A stretch of 64,000 nt of DNA from an uncultured Acidobacteriota bacterium (GCA_963764715.1 CAVXTP010000015.1:1-64000); one strand, 5' to 3'; shown: positions 11,663 through 21,603, numbered from the stretch's first letter. Program-made: numbers and translations. Notes: generated by a model from the letters alone, not told the origin.

Positions 11663-13096
11663 TTACCGGGCCCCGCGCCCAGACAGCACGGCCGGGACTG
11701 TTTTCAGCAGGATCTTCAAGTCCAGTAGCGGCGACCACGTGTCGATGTACTTGAGGTCGAGCGCCATCCACCGGTCGAAGTCGACCTCGCTCCGTCCCGA
11801 GACCTGCCAGAGGCACGTCAGCCCCGGCTTCATGCTCAGCCGGCGCCGCTGCCAGGGCTCGTAGCGCGAGACCTCGTCCGGCAGCGGGGGCCGCGGGCCG
11901 ACGAGGCTCATGTCGCCCACGATGACGTTCCAGAGCTGCGGGAGCTCGTCGATCGACAGGCGCCTCAGGAGCCGGCCGACGGGGGCCAGCCGGGGGTCCC
12001 GGGAGGCCTTGAAGACGGGCCCGGTCATCTCGTTCAGGTGCGAGATCTCCGACAGCTGCTCCTCGGATCCCGGCTTCATCGTGCGGAACTTCAGCAGGGT
12101 GAAGTGACGCCCGTTCAGGCCGCAGCGGACCTGGCGGAAGAACACCGGCCGGCCCGAGGTCACCAGGATCCCGAGAGCCGCCAGGAGCTGGATCGGCAGC
12201 GTCACCAGGAAGAGAACGAGCGACAGCCCGAGGTCGAGCGCCCGCTTGGCGACGAGCTCCACCGGGTTCGAGGGCGTCGTCGTGAAGGAGAGCAGCGGGA
12301 TCCCGTCGAGCTCCTCGAGAACGGGCCGCGCCAGGACGTGGGGGAAGATGTCGAGCGACACGTGCGCCCGGACGCCGTGGCGCTCGGCCGCGAGCAGCGC
12401 CTCTTCGTACTCGCCGAGCTTTCCCTTCTCGATGACGAAGATGACCTCGTCGACGACCTCCCGCACCAGGATCGACTCCATGTCGCGCAGGCCTCCGAGG
12501 CACGGCCAGCGGCCGCTCAGGCCGATCTCCCCGCCGTTCTCGTCCTCGACGTAGCCGAGCACGCGGAACCCCCAGTGCGGGTGGGCCTCGAGGAAGTCGG
12601 CGAACTGCGAGGCCTTGGGACCCGTCCCGACGATCACGGCGGTGCGGAAGTTGAAGCCGCGCGAGCGCACCCAGCGCGAGGTCAGTCGCAGCGCCGTCTT
12701 CTCGCTCGCGAGGAAGAGGAAGTTGACGCCGCCGAAGAGGACCAGGAACCAGCGGCTCACGAAGTCGAGCCGCAGGCCGTAGATGAGGAGCACCAGGATC
12801 GCCGTCCCGCCGAACGATACCCGGGCCGCCGCCCAGAGCTCCTCGCCGAGCGGCAGGGTCCGGTGGCTGCGGTAGAAGCCCGCGGCGTAGAGCAGCAGTC
12901 CCCAGATCGGGAGGATGAAGAGCAGGAGCGGCAGGTACTGGTTGAGCGGTGCCAGCGGCAGAGGAAAGAGCTCCGGAACGGCCGACGTGAGGTAGCCGTG
13001 CCGGAAGATCCAGGTCAGCGGGAGGGACACCGCCGTCAGGGCGAGGTCCGTCACGAGTACCCCGAGGGCAACGGCGCGGGCTTTCTGTCTCAGCAT
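11663..13096 (-). CDS. Polyprenyl-phosphate sugar-1-phosphate transferase (WcaJ/WbaP-like priming transferase)
   Basis: N-terminal TMs, KRALDL, KFRTM, SIDELPQLWNV..GDMSLVGPRP and KPGLT.LWQV motifs. Confidence 0.95.
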   Translation of the reverse strand: MLRQKARAVALGVLVTDLALTAVSLPLTWIFRHGYLTSAVPELFPLPLAPLNQYLPLLLFILPIWGLLLYAAGFYRSHRTLPLGEELWAAARVSFGGTAILVLLIYGLRLDFVSRWFLVLFGGVNFLFLASEKTALRLTSRWVRSRGFNFRTAVIVGTGPKASQFADFLEAHPHWGFRVLGYVEDENGGEIGLSGRWPCLGGLRDMESILVREVVDEVIFVIEKGKLGEYEEALLAAERHGVRAHVSLDIFPHVLARPVLEELDGIPLLSFTTTPSNPVELVAKRALDLGLSLVLFLVTLPIQLLAALGILVTSGRPVFFRQVRCGLNGRHFTLLKFRTMKPGSEEQLSEISHLNEMTGPVFKASRDPRLAPVGRLLRRLSIDELPQLWNVIVGDMSLVGPRPPLPDEVSRYEPWQRRRLSMKPGLTCLWQVSGRSEVDFDRWMALDLKYIDTWSPLLDLKILLKTVPAVLSGRGAR

Positions 13097-13138
13097 CGAA
13101 CTCGACCGGGGCGGGACGACGGGACGACCGCGCCGATG

Positions 13139-14242
13139 TTATGGGATGGCTCTCCCCGCATCAAGGACGGCCTCGTACCGGTCCACCACATCATGCCAAC
13201 GATATCTCTCCCCGACGCGTTCGCGCGCCCGTTCCTTCCATACGGAGTGGCCGGCCGGATCATCCAGCACACCGGCGAGAAGACGCGCCAGGCTGCCTTT
13301 TTCGTGCACATCGAACGGGAGCGCCGCGCCGCCCGCGACCTCCTCGTTCTCGGGCGTGGAGTGGTAGCAGACCACGAGGCCGTACCCGAGCGCCTCGACG
13401 AGGGCCGGGTGCGTGCCTCCGACCTCGGTCGCCTGGACGTAGATGCCGGCGCGCGAGAGAAGCTGCCGGTAGCCCTCGCCGTAGATGGCGCCGGGCAGGA
13501 TGACCCGGCGGTCGGCCGCGGCGCGGATGCGCGCGATGTAGCCGGCGGCGTAAGGCGCGTCGCCGACGACGACGAGCGGGACGTCGCCGGGCACGTCGCG
13601 GTACTCGCGGACGACCTCTTCGGCGTTGTTCTCGGGTTCGAGGCGCGACACGTACAGCACGTACTTTTCGGAGACGAGGCCGAGTCGATCGAGGGTGTCG
13701 ACGCCGGCGGGCGCTGGCAGGTCGCCTCCGTAGGGGATGAAGACCGAGGCGAGGCCGTGCCGCTCGCGGTAGTAGTCCTGGATGACCCGCGCGTCCGAGA
13801 CGACGACGTCCGGAATGCGCGTCGAGAGCGACTCGGAGATCCGGTACGCGAGCTTTCCTGCCGCGCTCCACTTTCGCCGATTGCGCTCGAGTCCGTCGAC
13901 GTTCAGGACGACCCGCGTCCTTCCGGAGAGGCGGGGCAGGAACGACGTCGCGGCGTTGATGGCGTTGCAGACGAGAACGGCGTCGAAACGCTCGAAAGCG
14001 GCATCGACGCCGGAGAGAAAGCCGTGGACGACCGTATCGAGGTACTTCGTCGGGATCGTGGGCAGCACGCGGATCTTCGCGCCGCGCCACTCCCGGAGGC
14101 CGGGCTCGGCGTAGCGGGTGCGCGTGTACACCGTGACGTCGTGGCCGCGCGCCGCGAGACCCGCGGAGAGCTCCTCGGCGAGCGTCTCGAAGCCGCCGTA
14201 GCGCGCGGGGATGCCGCGGGTACCGAGGATGCCGATGCGCAT
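13139..14242 (-). CDS. GT4 glycosyltransferase (DUF1972 type)
   Basis: MRIGILGTRGIPARYGGFET, RLEPENN and EVGGTHPALVEA motifs. Confidence 0.93.
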   Translation of the reverse strand: MRIGILGTRGIPARYGGFETLAEELSAGLAARGHDVTVYTRTRYAEPGLREWRGAKIRVLPTIPTKYLDTVVHGFLSGVDAAFERFDAVLVCNAINAATSFLPRLSGRTRVVLNVDGLERNRRKWSAAGKLAYRISESLSTRIPDVVVSDARVIQDYYRERHGLASVFIPYGGDLPAPAGVDTLDRLGLVSEKYVLYVSRLEPENNAEEVVREYRDVPGDVPLVVVGDAPYAAGYIARIRAAADRRVILPGAIYGEGYRQLLSRAGIYVQATEVGGTHPALVEALGYGLVVCYHSTPENEEVAGGAALPFDVHEKGSLARLLAGVLDDPAGHSVWKERARERVGERYRWHDVVDRYEAVLDAGRAIP

Positions 14243-14270
14243 GCGGAAGGGACGCTATCAGGGCTGAACC

Positions 14271-14414
14271 GGGCGGCCGCGACCCGGCCACCGGAGGACG
14301 ACCCCCGGCCGGAGGGAACGCCGGCGAATGCCGGCGGTAACGCCGCCCCTACGACCTCTTGGCAGATGCGGACTTCGGGGCTTCGGTCGTAGGGGCGGGG
14401 CTCGTCCCCGCCCT
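14271..14414. repeat. Two GTAG-REPs; the left one (minus strand) carries a 58-nt insert in its loop
   Basis: 14271-14352 is the reverse complement of GTAGGGGCGGCGTT-[insert]-GCGGCCGCCC. A second REP starts at 14389. Confidence 0.85.
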
Positions 14415-15359
14415 CCCCGCCACCTTCGCCCGGATCTCCCTCCGCTTCGCCCACAGGCGCTTGCGGTTCCTCCACAACCACCCGAACGCCGGCAGGGAGC
14501 TTCGCTCGACGGTCAGGCACGCCCCGAGGACCACGACGTCGCGCGCGAGCGTCGGGACGAGCGTCCGCGCGAACTCGCCCGCGGTCTGGTTGTTGATCCG
14601 CAGGATGAATCGGTTCTTGACCGAGTGCAGGTTGGCGAGCGCGGTCATCTGCCGCCGCCGTTCGGGCACGTTGCGCCGCCGGTGGTACGCCACGGCCGAC
14701 GGGACGTAGAGCGCCCTCCAGCCGAGCTTGCGCAGCCGCCAGGCGAGGTCCGCGTCCTCGCGGTAGAGGAAAAAGTCGGCGTCGAAGTAGCCGGTCGAGA
14801 TCTTCGCGCCCTCGAGCGCCGCGCGCCGGTAGAACCCGGCCGCGCCCGACGCCCCGAAAACCTCCTCCTCCCCGCCGTATCGCCCCGCCGCCGGCTCGCC
14901 CGCGCCGCGATCGAAGTGCCGGCCCGCCGCGGTGAAGCGGATCCCGGCCGAGTCGAGAAGCCCGTTTTCCGAGAGCCGCGCGCCGTCGCCCCGCAGGAGC
15001 CGCCCCGAGGCCGAGCCGACGTCGGCGGCGTCTTTCGCGTCGAGCCGCCGCGTCAGGATCGAGGCGAAGTCGGGCTCGAGGCGGCAGTCCGGGTTCAGGG
15101 CGAGGACGTAGCGCCCGGACGAGGCGTCGATGCCGGCGTTCATGGCCGCGGCGAAGCCGACGTTCTCGGGAAGGGCCAGGACCCGAACGTCCGACGACAC
15201 GCTCCGCGCGACCTCCCGCGAGGCGTCGGCGGACGCGTTGTCGACGAGGAGGGTTTCGCAGGCGATCCCCGACTGGGCGAGGGCCGAGCCGAGCGAGACC
15301 GGTAGGTCCGCCGCGTCCTCTTTGGATACGACGATGATCGAGACGTCGGGCGAGGTCAT
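14349..15359 (-). CDS. GT2 glycosyltransferase
   Basis: VDNASAD, NVGFAAAMN, LNPD and FFLYREDADL motifs. The C-terminus reads through REP sequence. Confidence 0.92.
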   Translation of the reverse strand: MTSPDVSIIVVSKEDAADLPVSLGSALAQSGIACETLLVDNASADASREVARSVSSDVRVLALPENVGFAAAMNAGIDASSGRYVLALNPDCRLEPDFASILTRRLDAKDAADVGSASGRLLRGDGARLSENGLLDSAGIRFTAAGRHFDRGAGEPAAGRYGGEEEVFGASGAAGFYRRAALEGAKISTGYFDADFFLYREDADLAWRLRKLGWRALYVPSAVAYHRRRNVPERRRQMTALANLHSVKNRFILRINNQTAGEFARTLVPTLARDVVVLGACLTVERSSLPAFGWLWRNRKRLWAKRREIRAKVAGRAGTSPAPTTEAPKSASAKRS

Positions 15360-16348
15360 GCGGCGCCGAGGCCGAGGGCGAGCGTCAGCACCCGGAAGTA
15401 GGCGCGGGCCGCTTCGGGGCGCGGGCGCGGAACGCTCCCGCGAAACGGCAGGAGGAGGAGGCGAAGCGCCATGCCCTTGACGAGGAGCAGCCGATAGACG
15501 GCGCGAGCGGCCGCGCCGTAGTGCGCTTGCCGGTACCGGATCGCGTTGCGGTAGAAGATCGGCAGGAATCGATCGTAGCCGAGGCGCGCCGCGGCGTCTC
15601 CGCCGCGATGCCGGAACCGGGCCTCCGGCAGATACAGGATCCGCCCCTCCCGACCGAGCCTCGCGCACAGGTCCACGTCCTCGTGCCAGGCCGGCACGAA
15701 GCGCTCGTCGAACCCCCCGACCCGCGCGAAGACGTCCGCCCGCACCGCGAGCGCCGCGGCGGCCGCCTGCTCGACCGCGAAGGCGCGCCCGCGGTCGGCG
15801 TCGGCGTAGCGGGCGGCGCGGCGCCCGGAGTTGTTCGGACGCAGATGATCGAGGAGCAGAAGCTCGCGCGCGTCCGAGCGGAGCGTCGGGAGCCGGCGCA
15901 GCTGAAAGGTCGCCTGGTCTTCCCGTCCGGGCGGCGCGAGGCGAAGCGGGCCGCCCGGCGTTTCGCCGTTCATCTCGATCAGGCGCGGCGCCGCCGCCAC
16001 GACGCCCGGATCGGCGTCGAAGGCCGCGGCGATCGCCGAGAAGGGATCGCCCTCCGCCCGCGTGTCGGGGTTCAGGAACAGGAACACGTCCGCCGGGGCC
16101 AACCGCGCCGCCTGGTTGACCGCCGGACCGAAGCCGCGGTTCTCCGCGTTGACGAGGATCGAGGCGTCCGGCCAGAGGGCGCGGACAGGCTCGCTCGGCA
16201 GGCCCGCCCCGTTGTCGACGATCGTGAGCCGGACGTCGACTCCGCCCGGCGGGATGCGCCGGCGCGCCTGCGCGAGCGAGGCGACCGCCTCCCGCAGCTC
16301 CTCGCCGTCCCGCCAGGACACGTAGACGACCGCGATCTTCCGGATCAC
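15356..16348 (-). CDS. GT2 glycosyltransferase
   Basis: VDNG, NRGFGPAVN, FLNPD and GGFDERF...EDVDLC motifs. Confidence 0.92.
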   Translation of the reverse strand: MIRKIAVVYVSWRDGEELREAVASLAQARRRIPPGGVDVRLTIVDNGAGLPSEPVRALWPDASILVNAENRGFGPAVNQAARLAPADVFLFLNPDTRAEGDPFSAIAAAFDADPGVVAAAPRLIEMNGETPGGPLRLAPPGREDQATFQLRRLPTLRSDARELLLLDHLRPNNSGRRAARYADADRGRAFAVEQAAAAALAVRADVFARVGGFDERFVPAWHEDVDLCARLGREGRILYLPEARFRHRGGDAAARLGYDRFLPIFYRNAIRYRQAHYGAAARAVYRLLLVKGMALRLLLLPFRGSVPRPRPEAARAYFRVLTLALGLGAA

Positions 16349-17289
16349 GCCGCGCCCGGTCCAGTCCCCGGAAAGCGCGCCAGCCGACGCGCCTCGTCGC
16401 GCGACCGCATCGCCATGGCCGGCAGCCGGGGCCAGACGAGGAGCGGCAGCGCGAGGCCGCGCCATCCGACCTGCCGGACGTGCGCGAGGTCCGCCGCGAG
16501 GAGCGGCCCGAGGTGCCGCGCCAGCAGGCCCGGCTCGAAATTGCGGAAGAGCGTGCGCCAGCGGTTGCGCGCGGTCCAGAACGCTCGCCGCCAGGGGGTG
16601 CGTCGGCCCGTCAGCGAGCCCTCGTGCCGCGCGACCGCGCGCGGGTCGCACACGAACCTCCAGCCGGCCCGCGTCAGGCGGAGCGAGAGGTCGACGTCCT
16701 CGTAGTAGGCGAAGTACGAGTCGTCGAAGACGGCGCCCGTCGCGGCGACCGCGTCGAGGGCCTCGCGCCGGTACAGCGTCGCCGTCGCCGAAACGCCCGG
16801 AACCTCGAACGGCTCGCGCGGGACGTGCGAGGCGTCCGCGCCGCCGTAGATCGGCACGGCCTCGCCGCGGCGGTTCCAGCCGATCCCCGCCGTGTCGACG
16901 AGGCGGCCGTCCTGCGACAGAACGAGGCCCTGGGCTGCGGCGATCCGGTCGTCGCCGCCGAGCCGGGCCGCGAGCCTCGCCGCGTAGTCCGGCTCGAGCA
17001 CGGCGTCGTTGTTCAGCAGCAGGACGAAGGGCGCCCGCGTCCGCGCGATGCCTTCATTGGCGGCCCCGGCGAAGCCCAGGTTGCGCGAGAAGCCGATGAC
17101 GCGGGCCGAGGGGGCCTCGGCGCCGAGGCGTCCGCGCTCCTCGGGCCGGGAACCGTTGTCGACCACGACGGCCGAGAGGTGGACGTCCGTCTGACGCTCC
17201 AGGGAGGCCAGGGCCCGGAAGAGCGCGTCGCCGCCGTCGCGGTTGACGACGACGCAATCCACGTCCGGCGTTCGGGAGGGCCCGCTCAA
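16345..17289 (-). CDS. GT2 glycosyltransferase (start uncertain: TTG 17289 or ATG 17349)
   Basis: VDNGS, NLGFAGAAN, LLNNDA and YFAYYEDVDL motifs. Confidence 0.9.
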   Translation of the reverse strand: MSGPSRTPDVDCVVVNRDGGDALFRALASLERQTDVHLSAVVVDNGSRPEERGRLGAEAPSARVIGFSRNLGFAGAANEGIARTRAPFVLLLNNDAVLEPDYAARLAARLGGDDRIAAAQGLVLSQDGRLVDTAGIGWNRRGEAVPIYGGADASHVPREPFEVPGVSATATLYRREALDAVAATGAVFDDSYFAYYEDVDLSLRLTRAGWRFVCDPRAVARHEGSLTGRRTPWRRAFWTARNRWRTLFRNFEPGLLARHLGPLLAADLAHVRQVGWRGLALPLLVWPRLPAMAMRSRDEARRLARFPGTGPGAA

Positions 17290-17347
17290 GCGGTTGACTC
17301 GATTGCGGTTGACTCGATCGGCGTGCGCGATATGAAATCGCGTTTTC

Positions 17348-18604
17348 ATGCTACCACGCGAGTACCTGCGGGAGAACGCGGCCCGCCTGCTGCAGGAGAT
17401 GCCGGAGCGCTTCGGCGGCGCGAGCCTCGAGACGTATACGGAGCTCGACCGCGAGCGTCGCGAGGCGGTCACGCTGCTCGAGGAGAAGCGCCGCCGCCGT
17501 AACGAGCTCACGTCCGTCCGCGGCAAGCCCTCCCCCGAGGCCCTCGAGGAAATGAAGGCGCTCAAGGAGGAGATCCGCGCCCTCGAGGAGCGCGTCGAGG
17601 AGGCCGACGGCATGCTCGCCGCGGTCGAGAAGCAGGTCCCCAACGTCCCGCAGGACTCGGTCCCGCGCGGCGCCGACGAGACCGCCAACCGCGTCGAGCG
17701 CCATTGGGGCGAGCCGCGGAAGTTCGACTTCGTGCCGCAGGCGCACTGGGACCTCGGGCCGGCCCTCGGCATCCTCGACTTCGAGCGCGGCGCGAAGATC
17801 GCGGGAGCGCGGTTCACCGTCCTCTCCGGCGCCGGGGCGCGGCTGTCCCGCGCGCTCATCAACTTCTTTCTCGACGTGCACGTCGAGGAGCACGGCTATC
17901 GCGAGCTCCTGCCGCCCTTCCTCGTCAACGCGGACTCGCTCTTCGGGACGGGCCAGCTCCCGAAGTTCGAGGACGACCTCTTCAAGACCACCGCGGGCTA
18001 CTACCTCGCCCCGACAGCCGAGGTGCCCGTGACGAACCTTCATCGCGACGAAATCCTGAAGGCCGAGGAGCTGCCCAGGCTCTACACCGCCTACACGCCG
18101 TGCTTCCGCTCGGAGGCGGGCGCCGCGGGGCGCGACACGCGGGGAATGATCCGACAGCACCAGTTCGACAAGGTCGAGGTCGTCATGTTCGTCCGGCCCG
18201 AGGAATCGGCCGCGGCGCACGAGGTCCTGACCGACCATGCCGAGGAGCTCCTGCGCCGGCTCAATCTCCCGTACCGGGTCGTCACGCTCTCGACCGGCGA
18301 CCTCGGGTTCGCCTCGGCGAAGACGTACGACATCGAGGTCTGGCTTCCCGGCATGAGCGCGTACAAGGAGATCTCGTCCTGCTCGAACTTCGAGGCGTTC
18401 CAGGCGCGGCGCGCCTCGATCCGCTTCCGCCGGGCCGAGGGAGACAAGCCCGAGTTCCTCCACACGCTGAACGGCTCGGGGCTGCCGGTCGGCCGCACGA
18501 TGGTCGCGATTCTCGAGAATTATCAGCGGCCGGACGGATCGGTCGAGATCCCCGAGGTCCTGCGTCCGTACATGCGCGGCCAGACGGAGATCCGCCGGGC
18601 CTGA
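17348..18604 (+). CDS. serS: Serine--tRNA ligase
   Basis: [37 protein letters not shown] and HTLNGSGL motifs. Confidence 0.98.
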   Translation: MLPREYLRENAARLLQEMPERFGGASLETYTELDRERREAVTLLEEKRRRRNELTSVRGKPSPEALEEMKALKEEIRALEERVEEADGMLAAVEKQVPNVPQDSVPRGADETANRVERHWGEPRKFDFVPQAHWDLGPALGILDFERGAKIAGARFTVLSGAGARLSRALINFFLDVHVEEHGYRELLPPFLVNADSLFGTGQLPKFEDDLFKTTAGYYLAPTAEVPVTNLHRDEILKAEELPRLYTAYTPCFRSEAGAAGRDTRGMIRQHQFDKVEVVMFVRPEESAAAHEVLTDHAEELLRRLNLPYRVVTLSTGDLGFASAKTYDIEVWLPGMSAYKEISSCSNFEAFQARRASIRFRRAEGDKPEFLHTLNGSGLPVGRTMVAILENYQRPDGSVEIPEVLRPYMRGQTEIRRA

Positions 18605-18620
18605 CCGGTCGGGCGCGTCG

Positions 18621-19481
18621 GTGCCGCAGAAGCACGTCCTCGAGGCGGTCCTTCGCGCGGCGCGCGGGCGGCCGGGCTACCCGAAGCTCCGGGTCCTCGA
18701 CCTCTCGGCCGGGCGCGGCGAGATCGCGTCGGCGCTCGCGGCGGACGGGTGCGCGGTCCGCGGGACGCACTTCCGGGCCGACGACTACAAGCTGACGGAC
18801 CCGGCGAAACCGCCGCAGACCGCCGGCCTTCCGATCGACGCCGACGTCGACCTGACCCGCCCGTTGCCGTACGCCGACGCGGCGTTCGACCTCGTCATCC
18901 TCTGCGAGGTGGCCGAGCACCTGACGACCTGGATCCCCGTCGTCTCGGAGATCGGCCGCGTGCTCGCGCCGGGCGGAAGCCTCGTCCTCTCGACGCCGAA
19001 CGTGGCGCGCCTTCATTCGCGCTGGCATTTCTTCTGGACCGGGACCCACAAGCTGATCCGCCGCCGGACGGGCTGGGACCTCTCGGCCGACGAGCTCTAC
19101 GCCTACCACATCAGCCCGGTCGACTTTCCGCTGCTCCACACGCTGCTTCGCCAGGCGGGCCTCTCGGTCGAGCGGATCGACGTCACGCGGTTCAAGTGGA
19201 AGCACGCCTGGCTCTTCCTGCTCTATCCCTTCGTCTGGCTCTCGACCCGCCTCGAAACCCGGCGCCACCGCGGCGGCTCCGAGCACGCGCGCGGCGAGGA
19301 CGACCTCTTCCACTGGATGACCCGCCCCGCCATGCTCGGCAGCGAGCAGCTGCTCCTCACCGGGGTCAGGTCTTCAAATTTCGGATCCGCAAAAATGAAA
19401 AATGAAGACCTGACCCCCATTTCCAACCGCGCCAGAACGGGCGAAAGCGAAATCGGCGAATCGGGATTTCCGCAGAACTGA
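18621..19481 (+). CDS. Class I SAM-dependent methyltransferase
   Basis: VLDLSAGRG, LPYADAAFDLV, EVAEHL and RVLAPGG...STPN motifs. The last ~40 codons run through a repeat element. Confidence 0.85.
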   Translation: MPQKHVLEAVLRAARGRPGYPKLRVLDLSAGRGEIASALAADGCAVRGTHFRADDYKLTDPAKPPQTAGLPIDADVDLTRPLPYADAAFDLVILCEVAEHLTTWIPVVSEIGRVLAPGGSLVLSTPNVARLHSRWHFFWTGTHKLIRRRTGWDLSADELYAYHISPVDFPLLHTLLRQAGLSVERIDVTRFKWKHAWLFLLYPFVWLSTRLETRRHRGGSEHARGEDDLFHWMTRPAMLGSEQLLLTGVRSSNFGSAKMKNEDLTPISNRARTGESEIGESGFPQN

Positions 19482-19503
19482 AAAATGAAGACGACCTGAC
19501 CCC
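19362..19503. repeat. GGGGTCAG-ended inverted-repeat element (REP/MITE-like)
   Basis: GGGGTCAGGTCTTCA (19362-19376) / TGAAGACCTGACCCC (19403-19417), plus a third GACCTGACCCC at 19493-19503. The interior is AT-rich. Confidence 0.8.
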
Positions 19504-20103
19504 CTAGCGGGGCGGGACGAGGGCGCCGGCGGAGACGATCATCTTCATGGCCTGCTCCGGCGTCATGTCGAGGTAGGTCACCTTCTCCTCCGGCACGACG
19601 AGGAGAAAGCCCGTCGTTGGATTGACGGCGCTCGGGATGAAGAGGCTGCAGAGCTTACGACCCGTCTTCTCGCTCGCCTCGCTCGCGGCGGTCGACGTCA
19701 CGAACCCGAGGCCCCATGTGCCCGGCGACGGGAACTCGACAATCGCCACGCGGCCGAAGGCGCCGACGCGCGACGGCCCCAGCAGCAGCTCCGCGATCTG
19801 ACGAAGCGTCGCGTAGATCTTGTTGATGAGCGGCACCCGGTTCATGAGCCGGTCCCACAGGCCGAAGAGCCGCTTCCCGAAAAAGTTCGCCGCGACGAAC
19901 CCGAGCAGAAGGATCAACGCGTTCAGCAGCACGAACCCGAGCCCGAGGACGGAGATGCCGCGGGCGCGCAGCTCCCCTCCGAGGATGTCGTCGAAGAATT
20001 TGAAGAGCTTCCAGACGACCCACGCCGTCAGCGCCGTCGGCGCGAGAACGAGAATGCCGGCCACGTAGTAGCGCCGCAGTCGGGTCCCGAAGGTCGCCGC
20101 CAT
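19504..20103 (-). CDS. DUF502 family membrane protein
   Basis: AGILVLAP, RVPLINKIY, VEFP, FIPSAVNPTTGFL and AMKMIVSAG motifs. Confidence 0.92.
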   Translation of the reverse strand: MAATFGTRLRRYYVAGILVLAPTALTAWVVWKLFKFFDDILGGELRARGISVLGLGFVLLNALILLLGFVAANFFGKRLFGLWDRLMNRVPLINKIYATLRQIAELLLGPSRVGAFGRVAIVEFPSPGTWGLGFVTSTAASEASEKTGRKLCSLFIPSAVNPTTGFLLVVPEEKVTYLDMTPEQAMKMIVSAGALVPPR

Positions 20104-20135
20104 CGATTTCATCCTAACCCGTACAATGGACGTCG

Positions 20136-21173
20136 ATGCGATTCCGGCGCGCCGCGCTCTGCCTCCTCGCGCTGCTGACGCCAGCCGCCGCCGTCCGGGC
20201 CGCCTGGCAGACCTCGGGACCGGCGGGCGCGCGCGCCAACGCGGTCAGCGCGGCGGGCGGCGAGCCGGCCGTCGCCTACGCCGCCGCGACGGTCCTCGAG
20301 TCCTCGACGAGCGCGCTCTACCGGACGGACGACGGCGGGCAGTCGTGGACGGGCCTCGTCGAGGCCGCTCGCGGCGACTCCTACGCGCAGGTCTACGCGG
20401 ATCCCCGCGGCGGCGGACGCGTCTTCGCCGCGCTCCAGAAGGGAACCGGCGCTACCGACATCCTGCGCTCGGTCGACCATGGCGACAACTGGAGCACCGT
20501 CCTCACCGTCTCGACGCGCTGCGTCCCGTCCTTCGAGACGGGCGCGGGCCCGGACTCGGTCGTCTTCTCCTGCGGGACCCGCTTCTTCCGGACGACCGAT
20601 GCCGGCCTCTCCTGGAACGAGCCCGCGACGCCCTTCGGCGAGAACGTCCGCCTGGCGGCCGGAGGCGGCGGAGTGCTGTACGCCTACGGCGTCTCGCACA
20701 TCTACCGAAGCGTCACCGGCGGTTCCACGTGGGTCGAGGCCGGCGCCGCGCCACCCGCCTGCCCCGGGCTCCTCTCCCTCCGGATCGACCCCGCCGATCC
20801 CTCCGTCTTCCTCGCCGGGACCGGCATGGTCGGCGCCGGTGGCTTTCAGTGCGGCGGCGTGTATCGCAGCGCCAACGCCGGAGCAAGCTGGTCGGCGCCC
20901 GGGCTTTCGGGCGTCTACGTGACGGACCTCGCCTTCGATCCGACGGATTCCTCGCGCGTCTACGCCTGCGCGAGCTACGTCGCCGGCATCCTTCCCCCCG
21001 GCGGCGTCTACGCCAGCGGCGACGGCGGGCGCTCCTTCGGGAACCTCCGCCTGCCGACGACCGGCGCCCTCGACCTCGCCGTCTCCGCCAACGGCGGGAT
21101 CGTGCACGCGGCGACCGGGCTCGGCGTCTACGAGGATCGCATTCGGAAGACGCGCGTCGTGCCGCCGCGGTAG
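20136..21173 (+). CDS. Secreted BNR/Asp-box beta-propeller protein
   Basis: Signal peptide and repeated (R/S)xDxGxSW Asp-boxes. Confidence 0.85.
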   Translation: MRFRRAALCLLALLTPAAAVRAAWQTSGPAGARANAVSAAGGEPAVAYAAATVLESSTSALYRTDDGGQSWTGLVEAARGDSYAQVYADPRGGGRVFAALQKGTGATDILRSVDHGDNWSTVLTVSTRCVPSFETGAGPDSVVFSCGTRFFRTTDAGLSWNEPATPFGENVRLAAGGGGVLYAYGVSHIYRSVTGGSTWVEAGAAPPACPGLLSLRIDPADPSVFLAGTGMVGAGGFQCGGVYRSANAGASWSAPGLSGVYVTDLAFDPTDSSRVYACASYVAGILPPGGVYASGDGGRSFGNLRLPTTGALDLAVSANGGIVHAATGLGVYEDRIRKTRVVPPR

Positions 21174-21188
21174 GAATCCCGGATTAGC

Positions 21189-21340
21189 AAGTGGCGGAGA
21201 GGACGGGATTAAACGCCGCGATTCGCGCGACGTTCCCTACTGCCGGGGGTCTGCGATACCGCCGCGCGTTGCGCGGCGTTCCCTACTGCCGGGGGTCTGC
21301 CTCCGGTGGTCGGGTCGGTGGTCGGGTCGAACCCGTCGTA
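21189..21340 (-). pseudogene. Copy of the tRNA-Ser(GCT) 3' part (T-arm, acceptor strand, CCA) with a 118-nt insert in the T-loop
   Basis: 21189-21210 is identical to 21352-21373. GAACCCGT resumes at 21329. Confidence 0.8.
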
Positions 21341-21354
21341 CAGCTCGGCGAAAG

Positions 21355-21448
21355 TGGCGGAGAGGACGGGATTTGAACCCGTGGTAGAGGTTTAAGCCCC
21401 TACGGCGGTTTAGCAAACCGCTGGTTTAAGCCACTCACCCACCTCTCC
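21355..21448 (-). tRNA. tRNA-Ser(GCT)
   Basis: GGAGAGG/CCTCTCC acceptor stem, anticodon arm GCGGT-TTGCTAA-ACCGC, long variable arm, GGTTCAAATCC, encoded CCA. Confidence 0.97.
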
Positions 21449-21494
21449 GCGAGCGACCGTCGGGCGGATGTTAGCGCATCGGCTTCGCTCGGGA

Positions 21495-21603
21495 ACCAGC
21501 GGTTCGGCGCTTCGCGGCGCCGCTGGGTTAGCGCCGGCCAAGCCGGCGCTGCCTCGGCGCTTCGCGCCTCGACTCAAGCCACTCACCCACCTCTCCGCGA
21601 GCG
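21495..21603 (-). pseudogene. Copy of the tRNA-Ser(GCT) 5' part with hairpin inserts in the D-loop and anticodon loop
   Basis: 21576-21603 is identical to 21428-21455. After a ~46-nt insert, AACCCAGCGG...AACCGC resembles the D-stem end and anticodon stem. Confidence 0.72.

Noticed and set aside
21189-21373. attL/attR of a prophage or integrative island
   Set aside because: The duplicates are only 163 bp apart, no integrase or cargo gene is present, and tRNA sequence resumes after the insert. Treated instead as a mini-insertion.
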